A stretch of DNA of 63,287 bases, counting the filler, from Octopus bimaculoides (taxonomy: Eukaryota), in NCBI RefSeq assembly GCF_001194135.2. It is 7 parts of 6 records of this genome, joined end to end, with 100 filler letters (N's around TTAATTAATTAA, not from the genome) between each part and the next. Parts side by side here need not be neighbours in the genome. Positions count along the whole stretch, not along the records: positions 14,682 to 29,134 come from NC_068993.1; positions 29,235 to 43,836 come from NC_068995.1; 5 more parts are not named here. One strand, given 5' to 3'. This document shows, piece after piece, positions 26,352 through 37,078 of the stretch. Made by a program: the position numbers and the translations under genes. Under the pieces are notes generated by a model. That model had not been told where the DNA came from, ran no database searches, and worked only from the letters and a program-made list of their open reading frames with translations. Each line of letters begins with the position of its first letter. Position 1 is the first letter of the stretch.

Positions 26352-26570
26352 TCAGGACAATTACCCACTAGGACAATTACAACCCGGAGGATAATTCTCC
26401 CAACGACAACTACCCCCAGGACAATTACCCCCCTCCCCCATGGTTAATTACTCTCTCTCTCCAATATATTAAGAAGTCTTAAATCATCATCTGTTGTCCT
26501 CAAGGGGACTATTGTCCATGGGGACTATTGTCCATGGGGACTATTGTTCATGGGGACTACTGTCCTAGAC
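26352..26570. mobile_element. small foldback element with tandem 15-16 bp subrepeats in inverted arms
   Basis: Left arm has about six ggacaattaccc(c)-like units (26354-26455); right arm has four ggggactattgtccat units (26504-26567), the reverse complement of the left units. Confidence 0.7.
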
Positions 26571-27624
26571 TCTATAAACGTGATAGCCCAAGTGTTTTGT
26601 GTGATTGCGGCAGTGTATTTGTGAGTGCCGTTGTCGTCTGTGTAACTGTTTGTGTGGTAGTAGTGTTGGGTATTTTGTTGTGTGGTAGTAGTGTTGGGTA
26701 TTTTGTTGTGAGGTAGCGGCAGTGTGTTCGTAAGTGTAGTTGCTGTCTGTTTGTTGTTTGCGTGGTAGTAGAGATGTGGTGTAAGTGTGATAGCCGCAGT
26801 ATGTTTGTAAATGTATTTGTGGTCCGTGTTGCAGTTAGTGTGGTAGTAGAGGTGTGGTGTAAGATCTGTTAGTAGTAGCAGCGTTAATGTGCTTGTAAGT
26901 GTAGTTGTCATAGTATTTTGTTGTTAGTGTTGTAGTATTAGTGTGTTGTAAGCATGCCACCGTTGTAGCTGTGTTGTTGGTGTTGTTAGTATGCAGCCGG
27001 TGTTGTTGTTATGGCGATGTTACAGCAGACACAACATTAACATTAGGTCACCCTGTTTCTCAAACTTCAGCACTGAAGAGTTCTAATTCTTGTCCGACAT
27101 TTTTTTCTTCTTATCTTCGCATTTTAGAAGCACGCATTTTTTTTTCTATAAATATTATCTCAATTTCAAAATATCATTACGTAACACTAGTAGTGACTGT
27201 TGATACTAGTGTTGCTTCTACTACTAATACTGCAGTTGTTGTTACTGATGCCGCTATCGATGCAGATATAACTGTTGCTGCAATTGATACAATGTGACGC
27301 AGCGAACGCCACTGCTGTTGATGTTGGTGCGGTAGACAACAAGAATCAGCGAAGCTCAGGACAAAACGCTCTGCGGTATTTAGTCACTTTAACTTTCAGG
27401 TTCAAATCCTACCCAAGTCGATTTCACTCCTACCGGGGATGGATAAAATAGGGGGCTGACAGTCAAGTATTGGGGATCAATCAGTTTAACCAAATATATA
27501 CACTTGTTTCACAGGTTGAGATATCATGTATATAAGTTAGATACAATTTTTATTGCTTTTCATAACTGTTGATGTTGATCGTTTTATTGTTGTTACTGTA
27601 ATTATCATCATTGTTGTTGTGATT

Positions 27625-27797
27625 CTTGTTTAACACAGAACCTTCAGAGGAAAGCGTAAGAAAGTATCAGCTGTTAGCAATCAGTGGAATTACTAAGGTA
27701 ACAAGCATTTTTTAATTAAGATTTTAGGAACTTTGCGAAGGTTCCAAGCAGTGCAATTTTCTGTAGGTGCTCCATCTTCACATTTACTCCTATCTTT
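27625..27797 (-). mobile_element. Dong/R4-like non-LTR retrotransposon 3' fragment
   Basis: Minus-strand translation IGVNVKMEHLQKIALLGT; adjoins (TAA)n. Confidence 0.55.
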
Positions 27798-27799
27798 AT

Positions 27800-27871
<72 letters not shown>

Positions 27872-27884
27872 TATTATTATTATT

Positions 27885-28008
27885 GCCTTTGCACAGCGTC
27901 TATCGCTGGAGATGTACTACGGTGTCAGCTGTTCACTACCAGTAACACCTCTTAGTTTTCGAGCACCTTCCGGAGTATTCGAGCGCTTCCAAGCAGTGCT
28001 GTTTTCTG
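27885..28008 (-). mobile_element. Dong/R4-like 3' end embedded in (TAA)n
   Basis: Minus-strand translation QKTALLGSARILRKVLEN* plus a short 3' UTR; (ATT)n on both sides. Confidence 0.7.
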
Positions 28009-28076
<68 letters not shown>

Positions 28077-28096
28077 TATTATTATTNNNNNNNNNN

Positions 28097-28174
<78 letters not shown>

Positions 28175-28190
28175 GTTGTTGTTGTTATTA

Positions 28191-28405
28191 ACGCAGCGAG
28201 CTGGCAGAATCATTTGCAGAAAAGGCAAAATAATGTTTCGCAGCATTTTGCATCTCTGCATCTTCTGAGTTCAAATTCCACCGAGTCGTCTTTTCCTTTC
28301 ATTCTTTCGGGGGTCGATAAATTAAGTAGCGGTGAAGCACTGGGGTCGATGTAATCAACTAGTCCCCTCCCGCAAATTTCAGACTTTGTGCCTTTAGTAG
28401 AAAGG

Positions 28406-28406
<1 letters not shown>
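28191..28406 (+). mobile_element. family A SINE ending in an (ATT)n tail
   Basis: gcagcgagctggcagaatc...gagttcaaattcc...gtgcctttagtagaaaggattatt. Confidence 0.8.
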
Positions 28407-28459
<53 letters not shown>

Positions 28460-28460
28460 T

Positions 28461-28530
28461 GTGGTCTTTGCACAGCTTCTAACGCTGGAGATGTACTACG
28501 GTGCCAGCTGTTCACTACCAGTGAACTAAG
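28461..28530 (-). mobile_element. Dong/R4-like 3' UTR fragment in (TAA)n
   Basis: Closely similar to 27885-27945 (ctttgcacagc...gctggagatgtactacggtg(c/t)cagctgttcactaccagt). Confidence 0.65.
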
Positions 28531-28540
28531 TATTATTATT

Positions 28541-28587
<47 letters not shown>

Positions 28588-28836
28588 TGTTATTATTCAG
28601 AATGCGTAGAGTACTGGACGAATGCTTTGTCTTGGGCTGAATGTCATTCCTTTAAGACCCAGTGACAAAACAAAATAGTTGTTACCGTTGTTAATTTAAC
28701 AAACCTGTTTCATATCATCAGCCACATCTCTTAATTATTCTACACCTAATTAATCACCGCCCGCAGTCTGCCAATAACGCAAGGATTAATTGTTATTGGC
28801 ATGCTCCCTAGAAAAACCGACCGGTGCTAAACGTTT

Positions 28837-28909
<73 letters not shown>

Positions 28910-28974
28910 CGGTGGTGGAGATAGTAATAATGTTAATAGTAGAGTTGGTAGTAATAGTGGTAGTAATAATAGAA

Positions 28975-29025
<51 letters not shown>

Positions 29026-29749
29026 GTAGTAGTAGTAGTAGTAGTGATTGTTGTAGTATTGGTAATATTGGTGGTGATGGTGGTGGTGGTGGTGGTGGTG
29101 GTGGTTGCAGATGAGTGAAAGAGTGTCGGGAAATNNNNNNNNNNNNNNNNNNNNNNNNNNNNNNNNNNNNNNNNNNNNTTAATTAATTAANNNNNNNNNN
29201 NNNNNNNNNNNNNNNNNNNNNNNNNNNNNNNNNNTATATATACACGTATGCACCAAAATCCAGGCTATTCATTAGGTGCATGCCTCTGTTTGCGGGTTGG
29301 AATCTGAAATCAGGAATCTACACTTTCATTTAGAATGATAAGAATTTTCGAGACGCTGTATTTAGGATTTTGAAATATTCCAAACGAACTTAACTCGTAT
29401 GATAACATCATGTAGTTACTTTAGACCTAATAGTAGAGATTTACGTTGATTTAGTTAAATGATATCCGAGTTCTGATGATGTACCGCTCAATGAGAGCAT
29501 TCTCAGCTTGTATAAACAGAACAGTCTATTTATAATAAGGCGATGTGTGGCACTGATTCTCCGTTACCTGCATAAAATAAGCCACTTGATATCAACTGTA
29601 AAGCATTCGAGAAATTTGTGTTAAATGCATATGTATATAGATGTAGGTTTGTTTTGTTTCTTACTAAATATTGACAAACTGTGTGGTAGGCCTAACACAG
29701 CGCCATTGCTTGGTTTAACACCTCCCCTCTGACTCTTGCGTGTTTTTAG

Positions 29750-29946
29750 CTGTGTCTCTATTCTGGTGCAACATCCGGATCAGTGATCTGTAGTGAAGAT
29801 ACGTGGCTTCCTAAAGAATTAATAGCAGCAGTAGCAGTCACAGCAACAGCAGCAGTGGTCGCAACAACAGCAAACCATAAGATTTGGTTTCTTCCTTCGT
29901 CTTCTTCTCCTACCACATATATCTTAGTAATATTGTCAAGGTCAAG
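29750..29946 (+). other. candidate spliced exon, ATG-free (5' UTR-like)
   Basis: gtgtttttAG acceptor and AAG|GTAAGT donor; 197 nt; no ATG; one frame is open. Confidence 0.35.
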
Positions 29947-30194
29947 GTAAGTAGCCTTCTTCGTACTAAGCTATAGAAAATTAAGATACCTAAATTAAAC
30001 AAACTATACGAAACTAATAGACAACTATTTGTAGTTTCAAGACGCCCCAATCGTTTTCTTTATCACATAATTTTCCAGCGGAAAGATTAAGTTTAAATAG
30101 CGATAACCGCACCTTCATTTCACCTTATTGGTTATGTTACCTTCTCTGAGCAAAATTAGGGAAGGAAATAACAAGAAAACTAAATGTACGACAT

Positions 30195-30562
30195 TTGTTG
30201 TTGGCACTCCATCGCTAACGGCGTCGAGGATTCCAGTTAATCCGATTAACGGAACAGCCTGCTCGTGAAATTAACGTGCAAGTGGCTGAGCACTCCACAG
30301 ACACGTGTACCCTTAATGTAGTTCTCGGGGATATTCAGCGTGACACAGTGTGACAAGGCTGACCCTTTGAATTACAGGCACAACAGAAACAGGAAAAGGG
30401 AGAGTTGTGGTGAAAGAGTACAGCAGGGTTCGCCACCGTACCCTGCCGGAGTCTCGTGGAGCTTTAGGTGTTTTCGCTCAATAAACACTCACAGCGCCCG
30501 GTATGGGAATCGAAACCGCGATCCTATGACCACGAGTCCGCTGCCCTAACCACTGGGCCATG
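30195..30562 (-). mobile_element. tRNA-derived SINE (family C variant)
   Basis: Minus-strand head tggcccagtggttagggcagcggactcgtggtcataggatcgcggtttcgattccc; 3' domain shared with 25990-26162. Confidence 0.85.
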
Positions 30563-30828
30563 TACGATATAACAACATAACATATTTATTTATATCAGTG
30601 ATCCTCAAAGACTTTCTATCTAGGGACACCTTTGATTTTGATTTTACTCTGGCGGGTCCCACTAGCCATTTGATGTAAGAAGAATAGTTTTTAGATACTT
30701 CTTTCGAAATTCCTAGCTTGTTTTTCACACGTTAACCTGTGTAGGTTTGTAATACCACCTTCTGAGGGAACATGTTTAACTGGCGGGAAACATGATTAAC
30801 CATGTAAAGCGTTGGGCAAATAAACCAA

Positions 30829-31050
30829 CAGTAACCCCTCGGCTATCGCGGGTTTTACGTTCCAAAACCCCGCTTAATACGTGAAAATCCGCGAAGTAGA
30901 AACATTACTGTTGTGTGTACATTTTTTTGTTATTTTTATAATTTTTGTATATTTATCGTATTATAAATGCCAAACAAAACTCAAAGGAATCGACGTAAGC
31001 TTAAATAATAAACCGCAATAGGTGAATCACGACATGGCAAAGGATTAATG
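30829..31050. mobile_element. Tigger/pogo-like MITE, possibly nested in a hAT-like MITE (~30596-31187)
   Basis: Left cagtaacccctcggctatcgcgg; right cacgacatggcaaaggattaatg-TA (decayed inverted copy); similar to the end at 47009. Confidence 0.5.
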
Positions 31051-31366
31051 TAGCTGCTTTTTACAACAAATGCACCCAATGAAAAATCTTTATGTGGATC
31101 CCTAAAATTATACCATGGACCCCAGTTTACTATTTTTCTTGCGTGGACTCCCAGAAGTCTTGTAGTCATCCCAGTCGAGAAGCCCAGACTTATATAGGTC
31201 TTTTTTAACATTTTCTTACATTGCTATGGGGCACCAATTTAGTTGAGAGCTTATAGTCAAATAAATTGTCTTCGATATTTGATTGACTGGTTCTTCATTC
31301 TATCGATCTTCATGTATATGCATACACATATGCATATATGTATGTATATATATATATATATATATA

Positions 31367-32755
31367 ATGCATGGTGCGTGTTATTTCAAAGTTTATGAAA
31401 ATAAGTTTTAATTTGTGAAACGAAAATTATGAATGTAGAGTGAATTTTCTTTCTTTTTATTCACTAAACTTTTCAATATTTTATATTGCTGTGACTGTGG
31501 AAGTGAAACATCGTAAAATGTATGTAAGGGAAACCCTCGTAAGGAAGAAATGAGGCTGTGCGATGTTATTTTGATCAAGATAAGAGTTAAGTAGGGCAGC
31601 AGAAGCATGCCTAGCCATATGAGTTATGTATTATATACAGACTGAGATTAGCTGCAATTATCCTTACCGAAGAATATTTCAGTCAGTAAATCAGCAAGGG
31701 ACCGTCTATGGGGCGTCTCCACGTAGGCCCACTACTTACAACGACTAAATATTCTTCAAATCACGCCCGAAAATGATAGATAAAAGAAAGACACGTTAAA
31801 TAATGGTGTCTTACTAAACACTAAAAGGAGGGCATGATTGCATGATTATGGTGGAAATGTTTCTGTTCTTCTCTCTATGGGATAAAATCTGACCTTGAGC
31901 TATATAACTGAAACAAAAACAAAACAATCTTTTTTTCGTTTACTAAAGAATTAGTAAACAATCTATTAAACAATCACCCAGTTCCTTGCCGTATTCTATC
32001 TCCGTGTGGTAATGGCAGCTATTATGGAAGTCCACCGATCAATTATTACACTCGTCTTACGAGTGTAAATAGCTTATTTATAAATCCTTTAATGAATAAA
32101 TAAAAATTTAATGTTCATAATAGGAAACGTACCTTACATACAATTAAATACATATGCATTTCGTTCATAAACATAATTCCTTCGACGTCTTAGATACAGT
32201 GAGTTAATGGAATTCAAAGAAAGTTGTTTAAACTTTTTGTTTTTGTTTTAGTTATGTAACTCAAGGTCAGCTTTTATCCCATAGAGAGATCAGAAACATT
32301 TCCACCATGATCATACAATCATGCCCTCTTTTTAGAATTTTGTAGGACACCATTAGTTAACGTGTCTTTCTCTTATCTATAATTTTCGGGTGTGATTTGA
32401 AGATTTAGTCGTTGTGTGTACAGGGCCTACCTAAAGACACCCCATAGACGTTCCCTCGCTGGTTTACTGACTGAAATATTCTTCGGTAAAGATAATTGCA
32501 ACTAATCTCAGTCTGCTGCCCTACTTAACTCTTATCTTGATCAAAATAACATCACACAGCCTCATTTCTTCCTTAAGACGGTTTCCCTTACATGCATTTT
32601 ACGATATTTCACTTTCCTAGTCACAGCAATACTGGAATAACAAAATATTGAAAAATTTAGTGGATAAAAAGAAAATAAATTCACTTTACATTCATAATTT
32701 TCGTTTCACGAATTAAAACTTATTTTCATAAACTTTGAAATAACACGCACCATGC

Positions 32756-32757
<2 letters not shown>
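31367..32757. repeat. large inverted repeat: arms ~31367-31930 and ~32220-32757, spacer ~290 bp
   Basis: Arms align along their whole length (about 85-95% by eye), with a 38-bp and a ~9-bp indel; (TA)n on both outer flanks. Confidence 0.95.
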
Positions 32758-32822
<65 letters not shown>

Positions 32823-34106
32823 TTCATATTATATATATAAATGCACGTATGTATGAATGACTATATATGTATACATATATTCACAAGCATACAGACTAAC
32901 ATCCAACTATATAATGTCAGATACTCATATGCATGTTTACATACCTAAATACACATATATCATATACCTACACACGCACACAGACACACAGACACACATA
33001 CATACATACATACATACATGAATACATACATACCCAAACGCATATATATGCGTGTATATGTGTGTGTGTGTTTATTATACGCTTCCCACTTTGGTAAACA
33101 TAAATATCTCTTGATATGACTCATATTGGAAGAAGACACCTTATGCTTGTCCCTATCTTTCAATTTCCAGAAAATAATTACCAAAGCGTCGAAAGATATT
33201 GGCTCCCAATAAAGCAGATTTCTATTTTGGGAAGAAATATTTTCACCCCACCTACTACACTTGAATACTACAATACACGGAAATAGGTACGAGTACAAAT
33301 AACCAAATACCATTGTGTCATTCTGGTAATAATGTACAGTAGCTTTCATATTAATGCAAAGCCTTATTTATTAATTTTATTTTAAAGGCAAAATCTCGAG
33401 AAGACGTTAATAAAGTATTTGAATAAAGCTCTCTTTCTATATCTCCATCACTTTCTGTCTTCCATACGTTCTTATCTCCCTTTCTTCCCCCCCCCACTCT
33501 CTCTTTCTTTCTTCCTTGCTCTGCTTTCCTTCTTCAGCTATCTCTTTCTCTTTCTTATAGCTTATTAACTAATTCAGGAAATGAATTCTATTGTTGAACT
33601 ACCAGTTTCAAAACGAGCATAATTGTAATAGAATCTTTTCGTATTTTAATATGTATGTAAAGCTCAAACGCGCGCAACCACACACACACACACACACACA
33701 CATATATACACACACACACACGCACTCACGTACACACACATGCAACACAGAAACGTACTTAAACATAGAACACACATTGTTCATGCATTCATGAAACGTT
33801 CACGGAAACACGCTTATGTACAACACACGCACGAATACATACAAACATTTCATACCATTTTACACGCATACATTCACAATAATGTGAGTAGAGAAGTTGG
33901 CGGTGGTCTTGCTGGTGATATTTGTGGTGGTGCTGGTGGTGCTGGTGGTGATTGTCATGGTAGTGGTGGTGTGGAAACAATGTAAAAGATAAGAGATATG
34001 ACGATATGGAGCTATTCTCTTAGAATAAACAATCATGAAAATAACCTTGAAATTATAAGTAATATAACAAAGAATATATGATACATATTACACATATTAT
34101 ACACAC

Positions 34107-34164
<58 letters not shown>

Positions 34165-34939
34165 NNNNNNNNNNNNNNNNNNNNNNNNNNNNNNNNNNNN
34201 NNNNNNNNNNNNNNNNNNNNNNNNNNNNNNNNNNNNNNNNNNNNNNNNNNNNNNNNNNNNNNNNNNNNNNNNNNNNNNNNNNNNNNNNNNNNNNNNNNNN
34301 NNNNNNNNNNNNNNNNNNNNNNNNNNNNNNNNNNNNNNNNNNNNNNNNNNNNNNNNNNNNNNNNNNNNNNNNNNNNNNNNNNNNNNNNNNNNNNNNNNNN
34401 NNNNNNNNNNNNNNNNNNNNNNNNNNNNNNNNNNNNNNNNNNNNNNNNNNNNNNNNNNNNNNNNNNNNNNNNNNNNNNNNNNNNNNNNNNNNNNNNNNNN
34501 NNNNNNNNNNNNNNNNNNNNNNNNNNNNNNNNNNNNNNNNNNNNNNNNNNNNNNNNNNNNNNNNNNNNNNNNNNNNNNNNNNNNNNNNNNNNNNNNNNNN
34601 NNNNNNNNNNNNNNNNNNNNNNNNNNNNNNNNNNNNNNNNNNNNNNNNNNNNNNNNNNNNNNNNNNNNNNNNNNNNNNNNNNNNNTATATGTATATACAT
34701 ATAGATATGTATGTATATACATGCAGACATATATACACATACACGCAGGCATGTGCGTGCGTGTATGTGTATGCATGAGTGCATGTGCATGTGTGAGTGT
34801 ATGTGTGTGTATACAAAGATTTGCAAAGTTTAGCTAAGGTGTATGAGAAATGATCTTTGAGAATGACATTTCGTATACTAATGGATTATTAGGTGGTTTT
34901 GCTTTTCGTTTTTTCTTTCTTTGTATCATTCTTTGTATC

Positions 34940-35090
34940 ATTCTTCTTCTTCTTCTTCTTCTTCTTCTTCTTCTTCTTCTTCTTCTTCTTCTTCTTCTTC
35001 TTCTTCTTCTTGTCCTCCTTCTCTTTCTTCTCTTCATCTTCATCATCTCTTCTTCTCTTTTTCCTTCTTCCTCGTCTTCTTCTTCTTCTT

Positions 35091-35121
<31 letters not shown>

Positions 35122-35151
35122 TTATTATTATTATTATTATTACTATTATTA

Positions 35152-35190
<39 letters not shown>

Positions 35191-35211
35191 TATCATCTTT
35201 AATATTATTAA

Positions 35212-35256
<45 letters not shown>

Positions 35257-35280
35257 TACTACTACTACCGCTACGACTAC
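34940..35280. repeat. (TTC)n/(TTA)n/(CTA)n compound microsatellite
   Basis: Directly visible. Confidence 0.95.
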
Positions 35281-36735
35281 TACTCTTTCTCTCCTTTTTA
35301 GCTAATATAGGCGCATAAGATTGATTCTTATCTTGCACGAACGACAGAAGTAATATAGGAAGAACTCGCGATGAATGAATAGAGCCGTTTTTCTTATATT
35401 TTCCATTCCTCTCTATCTAAATAGTAATATCATGACACACACACACATATATCTATATATACTCATTCCTCGCTACTCGCTCGTTCTCTCGAACCGATCG
35501 TTAATGAGGCTCTTCAGTTGTTAGTTTCGCTTCACGCAATCACGCCTATTTCTAGATAGTGAAAAAGACACTTAAAGCGCATGCGTCTATGTTCTTATTT
35601 GTATGGGTTTGTCTTTTCGCGCTTTTGTTTCGTTTATGTGCATGACTTGAATGATGCTTATGGAATAAATTCCATGAAATAAAATAAAAACAAATAAATA
35701 AATTACAAAAATCCAATACATAAAATAAAATAAAATAATATAAAATAAAATTAAAATGAAATAAAATAAAATGAAGAAGACGTAAAGCAAAGGAAAAGAG
35801 AAGTAAAGAAGAAAAATTAAATAAATAAGCAAAAGGAAAATTATAATATCTGACATTAACCTTTGGAATATCAAACAGAGATGCAAATTTTATATATTTG
35901 AACTTTGTATCCAAAATGCAAAATACGTAGCAATTTTCCGACATCTTGGGCAATAGTTAAATGATGAGACAATATATTATATATTATATATATATATATA
36001 TATATGCATGTATGTACGTAAACACACGCATACATACATACATATATGTATATGTATATANNNNNNNNNNNNNNNNNNNNNNNNNNNNNNNNNNNNNNNN
36101 NNNNNNNNNNNNNNNNNNNNNNNNNNNNNNNNNNNNNNNNNNNNNNNNNNNNNNNNNNNNNNNNNNNNNNNNNNNNNNNNNNNNNNNNNNNNNNNNNNNN
36201 NNNNNNNNNNNNNNNNNNNNNNNNNNNNNNNNNNNNNNNNNNNNNNNNNNNNNNNNNNNNNNNNNNNNNNNNNNNNNNNNNNNNNNNNNNNNNNNNNNNN
36301 NNNNNNNNNNNNNNNNNNNNNNNNNNNNNNNNNNNNNNNNNNNNNNNNNNNNNNNNNNNNNNNNNNNNNNNNNNNNNNNNNNNNNNNNNNNNNNNNNNNN
36401 NNNNNNNNNNNNNNNNNNNNNNNNNNNNNNNNNNNNNNNNNNNNNNNNNNNNNNNNNNNNNNNNNNNNNNNNNNNNNNNNNNNNNNNNNNNNNNNNNNNN
36501 NNNNNNNNNNNNNNNNNNNNNNNNNNNNNNNNNNNNNNNNNNNNNNNNNNNNNNNNNNNNNNNNNNNNNNNNNNNNNNNNNNNNNNNNNNNNNNNNNNNN
36601 NNNNNNNNNNNNNNNNNNNNNNNNNNNNNNNNNNNNNNNNNNNNNNNNNNNNNNNNNNNNNNNNNNNNNNNNNNNNTATATATATATATATATATTTGTA
36701 TCTTCTCGAATTGTTCCGGCCTCACACAACAAATC

Positions 36736-37016
36736 TCTGGGAGTTGTGGCGTGCTCTTGTAATCCAGCTACTCGGAAGATTGGTTATTTGGCCGGTTTGA
36801 GGATAAGCATCCTGGTAGTCGGTCTCCTATGGCTATCAGGCGTCCACGCTAAGCTCGGCATTAATATGCTGTTGGAGAGGGACCTGAGGTTCGATTTGGC
36901 TCAGAGACGAAACGCAACAGGCAAAAGACCCCGTGTCGAGCAGTAGTGGGATTGCGCCTGTGAATATTTGTCGGCTGACAGACTGTTCCCTACAACTGAA
37001 CACCAATCTCTCTTTT
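36736..37016 (+). ncRNA. RN7SL: 7SL (SRP) RNA-homologous sequence, probably a pseudogene or retrocopy
   Basis: Colinear with metazoan 7SL: Alu domain ctgggagttgtggcgtgctcttgtaatccagctactcgg; ctatggctatcaggcgtccacgctaagctcggcattaatatg; helix-8-like cgaaacgcaacagg; cagtagtgggattgcgcctgtgaata; ends tctctctttt. About 281 nt, with the helix 6/7 region roughly 20 nt shorter than human 7SL as I recall it. Confidence 0.88.
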
Positions 37017-37020
37017 CTCT

Positions 37021-37078
37021 GGTGGTGCTGCAGCATGGCCACATCTTTAGAACTGAAACATGAACAAGAATAACAGAT
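37021..37078 (+). mobile_element. terminal ~55 bp of a family B SINE tail directly after the 7SL sequence
   Basis: ggtggtgctgcagcatggccaca...actgaaaca versus ggtggtgctacagcatggccata...gactgaaaca at 62402-62441. Confidence 0.65.
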
